Shown one piece after another: positions 8,292 to 18,411 of a stretch of DNA of 64,000 nt. The notes below the pieces were generated by a model, which saw only the letters and a program-made list of their open reading frames with translations, did not search any database and was not told the DNA's origin. The position numbers were made by a program, and so were the translations under genes. The stretch is from Candidatus Latescibacterota bacterium (lineage in GTDB: Bacteria > Latescibacterota > UBA2968 > GCA-2709665): assembly GCA_965116875.1 (NCBI GenBank), contig OZ220733.1, positions 4,576,001 through 4,640,000 of the forward strand, given 5' to 3'. The first letter of the stretch is position 1; each line of letters begins with the position of its first letter.

Positions 8292-8417
8292 TCCTCTGGA
8301 TGACAGGTTGGTCGAACGCGCTGCGAATACGTTACTGGCGCACGCATGACAATCGGATTTTCGGCTTTTATCCTGATCATCCTGTCCATCCATGTAAGTT
8401 CTGAATTGCAAAAGTTA

Positions 8418-8445
8418 AAGGAGGCCGAAAGTTATCGGCCTCCTT
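8418..8445 (-). terminator. Terminator downstream of tRNA-fMet
   Basis: AAGGAGGCCGA-AAGTTA-TCGGCCTCCTT hairpin with flanking A/T runs. Confidence 0.75.
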
Positions 8446-8455
8446 CTCGTTTTTT

Positions 8456-8532
<77 letters not shown>

Positions 8533-8579
8533 ACCATTGATGTCCTATATAGGGAAATCTATCATTCCGGACGGTTTTG

Positions 8580-9869
8580 TCAAGCGATTTTTTGGGTTTT
8601 GTCCTGTTTGCTTCTGTCGGGCTCCCGTTTGACGATCCGAACCGTGGTAATGCGTTGGCCGACCACTTCCTCGACCCACAGGGTGATGTTCTCAAAAACG
8701 AACGTCTCTTCGGGGCCAGGTACCCGACCCAGGTGGTTGTAGATGAACCCCCCGAGGGTTTCGTATCCGTCGCGTGGAAGCTCTATGTTTAAAATCAGAT
8801 TGAGATCGTCTATATCGAGCCGCGCGTCGGCAACCAGCACATGCCCGTCTTCGTCCCAGTGAAACAGTTGCTCCTCCTCGTCGTATTCGTCTTGAATCTC
8901 GCCGACGATCTCTTCAATGAGATCTTCGAGCGTGACCAGCCCGGAGGTGCCGCCGAATTCATTGATGACAATCGCCATGTGCACTTTGTTGGTTTTGAAC
9001 TCTCTCATCAACTCCGCGATCTTTTTGTCCTCAGGCGCGAAAAACGGTTTTCGCATGGCGTTTCCGGGCGTCCAGTCCTTTCCCGTGCTTAAAAGCTCGA
9101 GCAGATCCTTGGCGTACACCACGCCTTCGATATGGTCCACGCGTTCGCGGTATATGGGAATGCGGGAATGCCGCTTTTCCTGGATCAGCGCCAGGATTTC
9201 TGCCGGTTTGGAGGAGATTTCGGCGCACACCATGTCAATACGCGGCACCATCACTTCCTTGACGGTGGTGTCGCCGAATTCGAATATGCCGGCGATCATG
9301 TCCCGTTCTTCCTCTTCTATCGTTCCTTCCTCGGTTTCGGTTTCCACGATCTGCCGCAGCTCTTCCTCCTTGATCGCCCGGGTATCGGTTTCGCTGACAA
9401 AGATACTCCGTGTTTTCAGCAGCAGCAACGCGGGGGTCAGCAGCAGCGCATACAGCGGATAGTAAATGGCGATCAGGTGAGGCAGGGGCCTGTCGGAACC
9501 CTCTTCGCGCTTGTAGAAAGAGATTGCATTGGCGATCAGCAGAGAGAGGAGTACGAACGCGCCGATGCTCAGAAGGTCTCGAAGAAGCGGCCAGGCGAAC
9601 TCCCGCAATCCGAATCTGGAGAGGAATGCGAATGCAAGCGCGCCAACCGCTATGGACAGGGATTGTCCAAACGAGACCGTCATGCCCAGGGCGTATCTTG
9701 TGCGGTACATCGACAGCAAGAGGTTCGCGCGTGGTACGGCTTCGTCGCGGAGGCGTTCAAGTGTCGCCCGTGAAATCGTGCTGCCGATTGCGCCCAGTCT
9801 GGCGATCAGCGCGGTAACCACCAGAGAACCGCCCGCGACGAGTCCGGCCAACCACTCGGAGTCATCCAA
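8580..9869 (-). CDS. Hemolysin/CorC-HlyC family CNNM-CBS domain protein
   Basis: N-terminal TMs, EVMVPRIDM, HSRIPIY, EFGGTSGLVTLEDLIEEIVGEIQDEYD, CorC C-terminal domain. Confidence 0.92.
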   Translation of the reverse strand: MDDSEWLAGLVAGGSLVVTALIARLGAIGSTISRATLERLRDEAVPRANLLLSMYRTRYALGMTVSFGQSLSIAVGALAFAFLSRFGLREFAWPLLRDLLSIGAFVLLSLLIANAISFYKREEGSDRPLPHLIAIYYPLYALLLTPALLLLKTRSIFVSETDTRAIKEEELRQIVETETEEGTIEEEERDMIAGIFEFGDTTVKEVMVPRIDMVCAEISSKPAEILALIQEKRHSRIPIYRERVDHIEGVVYAKDLLELLSTGKDWTPGNAMRKPFFAPEDKKIAELMREFKTNKVHMAIVINEFGGTSGLVTLEDLIEEIVGEIQDEYDEEEQLFHWDEDGHVLVADARLDIDDLNLILNIELPRDGYETLGGFIYNHLGRVPGPEETFVFENITLWVEEVVGQRITTVRIVKREPDRSKQDKTQKIA

Positions 9870-9876
9870 AATGGAC

Positions 9877-10329
9877 TCACTCTCCTTTCAGGTGTTTGCC
9901 TGCTTGAAACCGGGCGAAATACTCCCGTTCCCTGCCTCGCATGGAGGCGGTGGACATGGATGTGTCGTGTCGGTACCCCAGCAGATGCAGGATTCCGTGT
10001 ATGGCGAGCCATGCGATCTCTTCGGACAGGCGCCTTGAAGCTTCACGGGCCTGTAACTCAGCACGATCCACGGAAATATAGATTTCACCCAGCGCGTCGC
10101 AATCGGGATGGATGGGATCCGCCAGATCGAAGGAAAGAACATCCGTCGGCTCTGGTGCGCCCTTGAACTGACCGTTCAGACGACAAAGCGTCCCGTCGTC
10201 GGCCAGAACCAGCGTGACGGTTCCGTCGGCGCCGTGATCCTCAAGCACACTGTCCAGGAGGAATACAAGGTCGGTCGGGTCGCCGGCTTCGGGGAGCGGC
10301 GCCTCCTGCTCGATACGGACCCGGGTCAC
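9877..10329 (-). CDS. ybeY: rRNA maturation endoribonuclease YbeY
   Basis: PTDVLSF, LGEIYIS, HGILHLLGYRH motifs; GTG 10329 overlaps the upstream stop. Confidence 0.92.
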   Translation of the reverse strand: MTRVRIEQEAPLPEAGDPTDLVFLLDSVLEDHGADGTVTLVLADDGTLCRLNGQFKGAPEPTDVLSFDLADPIHPDCDALGEIYISVDRAELQAREASRRLSEEIAWLAIHGILHLLGYRHDTSMSTASMRGREREYFARFQAGKHLKGE

Positions 10330-12638
10330 AGAACTTCCTTCCTGCGCCCGGGTTGAACCCGCTTCTGTTCGTGCTGCCACGGATAGGCAACGCGGCTGTG
10401 CCAGGTGGCATCCAGAATCGGAAGAAATGCTTCCTGAATCCGGGTAAGGTCTCTGAGCGTGAGGTCGCATTCGTCCAATTCCCCAGCGGTGAATCTTGAT
10501 TTTACAAGCGCTTGAACCATCTTCCGGGTTTCTTCCGGAGTACTGGTATTGAGGCTGCGTCTTGCGGATTCAACCGCGTCGGCCAGGCTGACAATGCCGG
10601 CCTCCCGGGTCTGGGGCCTCGGCCCCGGGTACCGGAAGTCGGCGTCGCGCACCTCGTGGGGCGCGCTGTTTTCAAGGGCGCTCTTCTTGAAGCTTGCGAT
10701 TTCGCTGGTACCGTGATGCTGGGCGATCATGTCGATGATGACCCGGGGCAGGCCTTCCTCTTCGGCCATGCTGATGCCGTCCTTGACATGGGAGATCAGA
10801 ATCAGCGCGCTCAGGCGAGGCTGGAGTTCATCGTGCGGATTCACGCCCTTCTGGTTTTCGATGAAATAGTGCGGCCGGATCATCTTGCCGATGTCATGGT
10901 AGTAACACCCCACCCGGGCCAGCAGTCCGTTGGCTCCGGTGACTTCGGCAGCCGCCTCCGATAGCCTTGCCATGATGATACTGTGACTGTAGGTGCCGGG
11001 CGCCCGAATGGCCAGATTGCGCAATAGTGGACGGTTCAGGTCCGAGAGCTCCAGGAGCGTGTAGGTGGTGACCACGCTGAATGCGCTTTCGAAGATTGGC
11101 AGGAGGCCAATGGTCAGAACCGAGGATGCACAGGCCGTGAAGGTGCCCAGAACCAGGTCCCACCTGACTTTCAGGAAGAACTCTCCGAAGCTGGAATAGC
11201 TGAACAACAGGATCGCCGTTGCCAGGGTCGAGAGCAGATAGGCGCAGACCAGGAAGGCGATGGACCGGTAGAAGAAATCGCTGCGGCGGTTGACGGGCCT
11301 CACGGAGTAAGCCCCGGCAGCACCCGTAACCAGGTAGATCAGGCCGAAGGAAAGGCTTCCCACGATGCTCGCGCACAACGTGGCGCACACAAATGAAACG
11401 ACCAGGCCGACTTCGGTATCGAAGAGTACGGTGGCCAGCATCACCGAAAGCGCAACGGGAACCAGTAAGGGTGTGACCGCGGACACCGTTGCGGCGTATG
11501 AAGCGACCATGCACGGCATGACGATCAGAATGCCAAAGAGGACGAGGTTTGACGTTGACGCAATGACCGTTGGACGCGACACCTGAAGAAACACGAACAG
11601 AATGGCAATCAGCAGGGCGCTGACAACGGCCTGGGCAGCCACCTGGAGATTGTACAGATAGGGGACACGGTCAATCGCGCGGTTCATGTGAACGGAGAGA
11701 GATCGCAACTGGTCCATGTGTTCCAGGGTCACGCGGTCATGCTTGTCGACGATGCGTTCACCGCCAAGGACGGTTCCTTTGTAGGGGGAGATTCTCGCTG
11801 CGGCCTCGTCCCTGCGCCGCTCCGTTTCCTCCGCGCTGTAGGTGAGATTGGGCGTTAGAAAAACGACGACAAGCTCGTACACAGACTTTATTTCCGCGGG
11901 CGTGCCCTGCGGAAACTGTCTGTCGATTTCATCCTGCAGGCTGCGCTCATACCATTCCAGACCGCGGATGGGATCTGACGCGATACGCCGCTCCTGGTCC
12001 CCCTGAACGAGGACCACCTCTGAGCGGTCGGAGCCGAGGACTTCAGAGTCCTGGTCCAGAACCCCGGCGGCGTAACTTGATACGAGCAATTCGCGGACGG
12101 TCGAACGAAGCTTTTCAAATCCGGTGGGGTAGTTGGCGGCCTCGTTGATCAGAAAGCGCAGGCTCATCTGAGATACCGGGCCGATTTCCGAATGGGCCTG
12201 CTGGAGGTGAATAACCGCCGAATCCGGAATGGCCAGGACGCTCACCCGATTCAGATCTTCCAGGAATCGGTCGAGGGCGCGCTGCCGGTCTGCCGACACC
12301 TCCGTATTCAGGATCACGACCGGAAGAACGTCGTTTCGGGCAGCTTCCACTTCACGGACGTATTCGGTTTCGTTCTTGAGCACCTTGAAGTTTTCCGGAG
12401 CGATGACTTCATAGGGCGCGATTGTACCCTCACTGAAGGCGCCGTGTTCGTAGTCCGTTCTGGCAATCGGGAAAAAATAAGTCAGCAGGGCCACCAGAGT
12501 GAACATGAGCCCAATGCGCAATAGAACCCTCGGGCGCAGCCGAAGCTTGCGCCGGGATGGCTCACCGCGCTCGCCGCCGTCGGCGCCCGATTCCACGAGT
12601 CCTGTATACAGGAGCAGTCGTCGAAGCCTACGCATCAT
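10326..12638 (-). CDS. 7TM-HDIG phosphohydrolase (PgpH-like cyclic-di-AMP phosphodiesterase family)
   Basis: Extracellular 7TMR-HDED region, 7 TMs, APGTYSHS, YYHDIGK, HHGT, ADAVES motifs; phoH-ybeY context. Confidence 0.9.
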   Translation of the reverse strand: MMRRLRRLLLYTGLVESGADGGERGEPSRRKLRLRPRVLLRIGLMFTLVALLTYFFPIARTDYEHGAFSEGTIAPYEVIAPENFKVLKNETEYVREVEAARNDVLPVVILNTEVSADRQRALDRFLEDLNRVSVLAIPDSAVIHLQQAHSEIGPVSQMSLRFLINEAANYPTGFEKLRSTVRELLVSSYAAGVLDQDSEVLGSDRSEVVLVQGDQERRIASDPIRGLEWYERSLQDEIDRQFPQGTPAEIKSVYELVVVFLTPNLTYSAEETERRRDEAAARISPYKGTVLGGERIVDKHDRVTLEHMDQLRSLSVHMNRAIDRVPYLYNLQVAAQAVVSALLIAILFVFLQVSRPTVIASTSNLVLFGILIVMPCMVASYAATVSAVTPLLVPVALSVMLATVLFDTEVGLVVSFVCATLCASIVGSLSFGLIYLVTGAAGAYSVRPVNRRSDFFYRSIAFLVCAYLLSTLATAILLFSYSSFGEFFLKVRWDLVLGTFTACASSVLTIGLLPIFESAFSVVTTYTLLELSDLNRPLLRNLAIRAPGTYSHSIIMARLSEAAAEVTGANGLLARVGCYYHDIGKMIRPHYFIENQKGVNPHDELQPRLSALILISHVKDGISMAEEEGLPRVIIDMIAQHHGTSEIASFKKSALENSAPHEVRDADFRYPGPRPQTREAGIVSLADAVESARRSLNTSTPEETRKMVQALVKSRFTAGELDECDLTLRDLTRIQEAFLPILDATWHSRVAYPWQHEQKRVQPGRRKEVL

Positions 12639-12658
12639 AAAGCAAATTACCCCGATTT

Positions 12659-13678
12659 TTACGACCCATGCGCTTCAGCGCCGTTGTTCAGGTCGGGTCC
12701 ATCCGCCGACTGGAGCCTCTTTTCACTCTCGTACCGGTCGTATGCGGAGATGATCTTTTTGACCAGAGCGTGGCGTACGACGTCCTTCTCCGTGAATTGC
12801 ACAAACCGCACGGCCTCAATATGCGAGAGTATCTGATGAACATGCACGAGTCCGGACACTTCGTCGGGTGGCAGGTCGATCTGGGTGACGTCGCCATTGA
12901 CAACCGCCTTGGAGTTGGCGCCCAACCTCGTAAGAAACATCTTCATCTGGTTGATGGTCGTATTCTGGGCTTCATCCAGAATGACGAATGCGTTATTGAG
13001 CGTTCGTCCCCGCATAAATGCAAGCGGTGCAATTTCCAGTGTCCGGTTTTCGAGCAGGTGTTGCATCTGGTCGCCGGGAATCATGTCCCGCAGTGCGTCG
13101 TACAACGGACGCAGATAGGGATCGACCTTATCCTGGATGTCACCCGGCAGGAAGCCGAGGTTTTCTCCGGCCTCCACCGCGGGACGGGTCAGGATGATCC
13201 TCGACACTTCCTTGCGCTTCAGAGCCGCGGCTGCGCAGGCAACGGCGAGGTAGGTCTTGCCGGTACCTGCGGGGCCGATTCCGAAAACGACGTCGAATTT
13301 CTCTATTCCCGATACATATCGCCGTTGAGCGTCCGAACGGGGCCGAATCACGCATTTCTGGGTGGCCAGCACGGTCTCTTCTGCTGCCGACGGCCCGTTA
13401 TCGTGATCCGTTTTCCTCGACCCGTCCGCCAGTTCCGGCGCGTCGCCACGACGCAGGCACGAGACCATCTCCTCCAGCAGTCCGGAAACATGCCGGACTT
13501 TGTACGCGGGGCCGGTGATCGTGACGGTTTCGCCGCGGGCAGTTACGTGGACGCCGTATCTGGCTTCGAGCGCCAGAAGGTTCACGTCGTTGTGTCCGTA
13601 CAATGTGAGGGGATCAACGCCCTGAATGGACAGTTGATGAGATAAGGTTGGATTTCTCAACAGGTCAGGTCTTTTCAC
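12659..13678 (-). CDS. phoH: PhoH-like ATPase
   Basis: GIGPAGTGKTYLAV, RPAVEAGENLGFLPG, LAFMRGRTLNNAFVILDEAQN. Confidence 0.95.
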   Translation of the reverse strand: MKRPDLLRNPTLSHQLSIQGVDPLTLYGHNDVNLLALEARYGVHVTARGETVTITGPAYKVRHVSGLLEEMVSCLRRGDAPELADGSRKTDHDNGPSAAEETVLATQKCVIRPRSDAQRRYVSGIEKFDVVFGIGPAGTGKTYLAVACAAAALKRKEVSRIILTRPAVEAGENLGFLPGDIQDKVDPYLRPLYDALRDMIPGDQMQHLLENRTLEIAPLAFMRGRTLNNAFVILDEAQNTTINQMKMFLTRLGANSKAVVNGDVTQIDLPPDEVSGLVHVHQILSHIEAVRFVQFTEKDVVRHALVKKIISAYDRYESEKRLQSADGPDLNNGAEAHGS

Positions 13679-13683
13679 AAATA

Positions 13684-13727
13684 AAAAAAGCCCTCGTTCC
13701 GGCCAGACTCCGGGAACGAGAGCTTTT
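13684..13727 (-). terminator. Intrinsic terminator after the LysM gene
   Basis: AAAAGCCCTCGTTCC...GGAACGAGAGCTTTT stem with a poly-A run on the plus strand. Confidence 0.7.
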
Positions 13728-13814
13728 CAGTTGTCTTATTCGTGGTTTGAGTCGCTTTCCATTTTTTTAGGACGCTAATCTCCGCGGATCGAAGCCGTGG
13801 GGTCCTGATATCTG

Positions 13815-14666
13815 TCAGTCTTCCGGTACGTCTATGACCTGTGCAGGGAAGATCAGGTTTGGATCTCTGATCTGCGATTTGTTCGCCCGATAAATGCGGT
13901 GCCATTTCGTCGCGTCGTTGTAGATCATACCGGCAATGCTTGTAAGTGTATGGCCCTGAAGGACAAGGTGCTGGCCTCTGTCTACGCCAAATGGAATCTG
14001 CAGCACCCAATCCGGATAGATCAGGTCCGGATGCCTGATCTTGTCCCGGTTTTCGAGATAGATCCGGGGCCAGAGGTACGCATTGTCGTAAATGTCCTCG
14101 CTCCTGGCGATGTTCCAGAGATTGTCGTTGCGAAGGACCGTGTAGTCCTTGATCTTCTTCGCAGGCATCCGTGCGGCGATTCTTTCGACCAACTGTACGA
14201 TGCTTTTGAGTTTCATACTCGCTTTGGGAAGATGGCGGATCTTGTTCTGCTTGAGGCCCTCAACCTCTTCCGAGATTGCATCGAAGTGGTCCCGCTGGTC
14301 GAAGAGATCGGCATCGGGAAGATTCATCAGGGCCCTCAACTGGCCCTCGACACGATCCAGTGCGGCCATGTAAGCGTCGATGCAGGCCTGATCGGGACAA
14401 CCAACCAGATCCAGGATCTCCTGCATGGTACTTGCGATCTGGGCGTCCACGTCGGCGATCTGCTGTGCAACCTTGTCTCCCGCTTCCTTACACTCCTGCA
14501 ATTTCTGTTTGAGTTCCTGGGTCTCCTGCTGCACGCTTGCAAGCTGCATTTCATATTCTTCGTACGTCATTCCGTTGCCCGACTGGGCAAAAGCGGCCAG
14601 CGGAACCAGAGAAATCGCCAGCGCGGTGCAGACAAGCGAAAACCCGATGTGTTTACGATTCTTCAC
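13815..14666 (-). CDS. Secreted coiled-coil protein with two LysM peptidoglycan-binding domains
   Basis: Signal peptide, heptad-rich N-terminal half, YTVLRNDNLWNIA...WPRIY..N...I.HPDLIYP and a second LysM repeat. Confidence 0.88.
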   Translation of the reverse strand: MKNRKHIGFSLVCTALAISLVPLAAFAQSGNGMTYEEYEMQLASVQQETQELKQKLQECKEAGDKVAQQIADVDAQIASTMQEILDLVGCPDQACIDAYMAALDRVEGQLRALMNLPDADLFDQRDHFDAISEEVEGLKQNKIRHLPKASMKLKSIVQLVERIAARMPAKKIKDYTVLRNDNLWNIARSEDIYDNAYLWPRIYLENRDKIRHPDLIYPDWVLQIPFGVDRGQHLVLQGHTLTSIAGMIYNDATKWHRIYRANKSQIRDPNLIFPAQVIDVPED

Positions 14667-14682
14667 TGGAAACTCCTTTCCA

Positions 14683-14958
14683 TTACGGATTCATGGCGTT
14701 CTGCACTGCGTCCCTATCGGCGGTCAGTCTTTGAAGTTCCTGTTTCTTTTCGGCCAGTGTGCGTTCAAGTTCAGCCCGCTTCTGCCGACAGGCGTTCAGA
14801 TCCGCTTCGGCCGCTCGCGCGTTGTCCCGCGCTTCCTTCAGCATCTGAAGGTCTTCGTCGGATGCCATGACATGGCATCCCGACAGAAGGGGAAGCAGGA
14901 ACAGCGCAAGCACGACGCCAAATCCCGTAAAACGATCCATCAAGTTACGCTTTGCCAT
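14683..14958 (-). CDS. Small coiled-coil (Ala-rich) lipoprotein
   Basis: Lipobox LSGC, amphipathic heptads, SD AAGGAG upstream. Confidence 0.75.
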   Translation of the reverse strand: MAKRNLMDRFTGFGVVLALFLLPLLSGCHVMASDEDLQMLKEARDNARAAEADLNACRQKRAELERTLAEKKQELQRLTADRDAVQNAMNP

Positions 14959-15169
14959 CGATGTCTCCTTGGGGACACGTGTTCATGCGTTGAAACGACG
15001 GTGAATTAACAGACAGACTGAAAGCGGCGACTACCGTTTACGCACGAAAAACAAGCGCGAAATCACCGTCTGACGGGGCTACATTTATGTCACCAAATTA
15101 CTACAAGAATGGGCTGAAGTCAAGAAAAAAATCCACACGAACGCTTGTAGAAATAAGCGGATATCGTGT

Positions 15170-16966
15170 TCAGGGACGGGTCGGTTCACCGCCCGACAAC
15201 CGGATTCCGAGTTCTCTCAGTTGCTCCGCGTCGACCGCTGACGGAGCGCCGTCCATCAGGGATGCGGCATTGTTGGTTTTGGGAAAGGCGATCACGTCGC
15301 GGATGTAGTCCCGTCCCGCCATCAGGGCAACCAGACGATCGTAACCGAAAGCGATCCCGCCGTGGGGAGGCGCGCCGTACCGGAACGCATCCAGGAGGAA
15401 ACCGAACTTCTCTTCCGCCTCGGCCGGAGAGATGTCCAGAAGGTCGAACATCCTTTCCTGGATTTCCCGTCGGTGAATACGAATGCTGCCTCCTGCAATC
15501 TCGTTCCCGTTCAGCACGAGGTCGTATGCCCGCGCACGCACGCCCGGCGGGTCTGTTTCCATTTTTCCAATGTCTTCGTCCACGGGCGAGGTGAACGGAT
15601 GGTGGCACGCCGCATAGCGTTTCTCGCGCGGGTCCCATTCCACCAGGGGGAAATGCGTAACCCAGCCGAAGCTGTAATGATCGCGGTCCAGCAGATTCAG
15701 CTGATCCGCCAGTTTCAGGCGAAGGTTGCCGAGTACCTCCGCCACAACCGCCGGCTGGTCGGCCACGAACAGCAGAAGATCACCCGGTTCGGCCTTCAGG
15801 TCCCGCTTCAGCAGGGATTGCGCGTGTTCGGGAAAGAATTTTACGATGGCAGATTCCATACCGCCGTCGGTCACCCTGATCCACGCGAGTCCCCTGGCGC
15901 CGAATTCGCTGGCATAGATGCCCAGATCGTCTATCTGTTTGCGCGAGAACCCGCCGCATCCCTTTGCGTTGATTCCGCGAACCTGGCCGCCGTCGGAGAG
16001 TACCCGTTTGAACACCTGGAAGTCGGAGGCATCGGCCGCAGCCGCCAGGTCGACAATTTCGAAACCGAACCGGGTGTCCGGCTTGTCGGATCCGTAGGTG
16101 TCGATCGCTTCCTTGTGGGTGAGCCGGGGAAAGGGTCGAGGCAGGTCGATGTCCAGGATCACCCTGAATAGGCCGGCGGTGAGCCGCTCGGCCGCTTCCA
16201 TAACGTCTTCTTCGTTGACGAACGACATCTCAATGTCGATCTGCGTGAATTCCGGTTGCCGGTCACCGCGCAGGTCTTCGTCCCTGAAGCATCGCACAAT
16301 TTGAAAATACCGGTCGAATCCGGCCACCATGATCAACTGCTTGTATGTTTGCGGGGATTGTGGCAGAGCGTAGAAGTGGCCCGGGTTGATCCGGCTGGGG
16401 ACCAGATAGTCACGGGCGCCTTCCGGCGTGCTTTTCATCAGAAACGGGGTTTCGACCTCGATAAAGCCGTCGTCCGCAAGGAATTTTCGCGTTGCCTGCG
16501 ATACGCGGTGCCGCAGCATGATGTCGGCCTGCAGGTCCGGCCGGCGAAGGTCGAGGTAACGATGGCGGAGCCTGATCTCTTCGTTGGCATCCGAATCCGC
16601 TTCAATCAGAAAGGGCGGCGTTTCCGATTCATTCAGAATTCTCAGTTCGGATACTTCGACGTCGATTTCACCCGTGGACAGGTTGGGGTTGGCCATGCCC
16701 GCGGGCCGGGATTCCACCCTTCCCTTGATCGCAAGAACGAACTCATTCCGTATGGCTTCCGCCTTCAGGTGAATTTCGGGATTCAGATCGGGCCGAAACA
16801 CGACCTGCGTCAGCCCGTCCCGATCGCGCAGATCGGCAAAAATCACGCCGCCGTGATCCCTGCGCTTGGAGACCCACCCCATCAGCGTGACCTGCCTGCC
16901 GATATCGCGGGCGCGCAGGTCGCCACAGGAGTGCGTTCGTTTCCAGCCGCCAAGGGATTCCGCCAT
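15170..16966 (-). CDS. aspS: Aspartate-tRNA ligase (probably non-discriminating Asp/Asn type)
   Basis: RTHSCG, RRDHGG, STPEGARDYLVPSR, ALPQSPQ, YGAPPHGGIAFG. Confidence 0.97.
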   Translation of the reverse strand: MAESLGGWKRTHSCGDLRARDIGRQVTLMGWVSKRRDHGGVIFADLRDRDGLTQVVFRPDLNPEIHLKAEAIRNEFVLAIKGRVESRPAGMANPNLSTGEIDVEVSELRILNESETPPFLIEADSDANEEIRLRHRYLDLRRPDLQADIMLRHRVSQATRKFLADDGFIEVETPFLMKSTPEGARDYLVPSRINPGHFYALPQSPQTYKQLIMVAGFDRYFQIVRCFRDEDLRGDRQPEFTQIDIEMSFVNEEDVMEAAERLTAGLFRVILDIDLPRPFPRLTHKEAIDTYGSDKPDTRFGFEIVDLAAAADASDFQVFKRVLSDGGQVRGINAKGCGGFSRKQIDDLGIYASEFGARGLAWIRVTDGGMESAIVKFFPEHAQSLLKRDLKAEPGDLLLFVADQPAVVAEVLGNLRLKLADQLNLLDRDHYSFGWVTHFPLVEWDPREKRYAACHHPFTSPVDEDIGKMETDPPGVRARAYDLVLNGNEIAGGSIRIHRREIQERMFDLLDISPAEAEEKFGFLLDAFRYGAPPHGGIAFGYDRLVALMAGRDYIRDVIAFPKTNNAASLMDGAPSAVDAEQLRELGIRLSGGEPTRP

Positions 16967-17036
16967 ATTCAAGGCTCCGGTAGTGGTGCGAATCTTTGCA
17001 CGTGAATGCCGGCGCGACCTGCCCGCGCCCATGTCT

Positions 17037-18326
17037 TCAGCGTAAACGCGAATTCCTGATGTGTTCTGCGAGTTTGCAGACGTTGCCCGAGGGCAGGACG
17101 GTCTGCTCGCCGGTTGCCAGATTCTTCAGTCCGACTGTCTTTGATCGAATCTCGTCGGGGCCGATAATCGTGACGAACGGGATGCCCTTGCGGTCAGCGT
17201 ATTTCAATTGCCTGTCAAGGCGCTGACCGGGTTGCAGACCGAGTTCCACCGCGAGACCCTGTGACCTGGCCAGGCGTGCAAAGGCCGAGGCGTGTTCGGC
17301 CGTTTCTTCCGAAAAGACCGAGACCAGCAGGTCCGGGATCGGCGTGGATATGCTTTCAAGCAGATCGGATTCCTTCAGCAGTTCGGTAATCGCCATGTCG
17401 CCAACCGCAAAACCGACGCCCGGTACCGGCTTCCTGCCGCCGACCTGCAGGGTCAGATTGTCGTATCGCCCGCCCCCGTACAGGGCGCGCCTGAGTGAAC
17501 CCTTCGCCCAGGCTTCGAAGACGATGCCGGTGTAATAGTCGAATCCGCGCACGATTTTGGGGTCGGTTTCCACGTAGTCCGAGACATCGTTCATTTCAAG
17601 CAGCCTGACGACACGTTCAAGCCGGGGCGAAAACCCCGGATCCTTGCTTTCCAGCGCCTCGACAAGCCCGTCGATCTGCTCTGAGCCGAGGCCGAGCTCC
17701 GCAAGACCGCCGCTGAATTTTTCGAAAGGCATCCTGTCGATCCGGTCCACGATGGCGAACAGGGGCCGGATCTGACCGGGGAGAATGCCAAGGGAGCGCA
17801 TGAGGTGGGACTCGAGGCCCTGTCGATCGTTGAGCCTGACGGTCACCTGATCGGGAGACAATCCGAGCGTCCTCAGAAGCTCACAGGCGATCGTGACAAT
17901 CTCGACGTCGGCATGAAGCGTATCGCTTCCGAGCAGGTCGATGTTCCACTGAAAGAAGGACCTTCCCCTGCCGCGCTGCGGGCGTTCGTATCGATAGAAT
18001 CGTCCAAATGATTGCCAGCGCAACGGAAAGACAAGCCGATCTTCCCGCGCCGCCACCATTCGTGCCAGCGTCGGCGTAAGTTCCGGACGAAGGACCAGCG
18101 GTTTTTCGTCGCGACCGGACAACGTGAACGTCTGGCGGCCCACGATTTCCTCGCTGGTCTTGCCCAGGTAGAGGTCCAGGTACTCCAGGACAGGACCCTC
18201 GTATTCCTGGTAACCGTAGCCGGCGCCAAGCGCGATACACGTATCACCCAGCCACTTTTGCAGAGCCCAGTCTTCGGGGTAGAAATCCCTGACGCCCTTG
18301 ACACGAGGGATGAGGTCGGTCGCCAT
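17037..18326 (-). CDS. hisS: Histidine-tRNA ligase
   Basis: KGVRDFYP, LRPELT, RYERPQRGR, VRGFDYYTG, GGGRYD. Confidence 0.96.
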   Translation of the reverse strand: MATDLIPRVKGVRDFYPEDWALQKWLGDTCIALGAGYGYQEYEGPVLEYLDLYLGKTSEEIVGRQTFTLSGRDEKPLVLRPELTPTLARMVAAREDRLVFPLRWQSFGRFYRYERPQRGRGRSFFQWNIDLLGSDTLHADVEIVTIACELLRTLGLSPDQVTVRLNDRQGLESHLMRSLGILPGQIRPLFAIVDRIDRMPFEKFSGGLAELGLGSEQIDGLVEALESKDPGFSPRLERVVRLLEMNDVSDYVETDPKIVRGFDYYTGIVFEAWAKGSLRRALYGGGRYDNLTLQVGGRKPVPGVGFAVGDMAITELLKESDLLESISTPIPDLLVSVFSEETAEHASAFARLARSQGLAVELGLQPGQRLDRQLKYADRKGIPFVTIIGPDEIRSKTVGLKNLATGEQTVLPSGNVCKLAEHIRNSRLR

Positions 18327-18411
18327 AGTCTTCCGGTCTCGGTTGGTTAAGCCCTTGATTTTCAGCCAAATCGACAAACATACACACAAGTTGACCCGAT
18401 GTCAAGATTTA

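Noticed and set aside
7559-8411. ORFs of 60-190 aa in the region next to the tRNA
   Set aside because: They translate REP-like repeats (e.g. LLRQA, FDRLS) and lack coding features.
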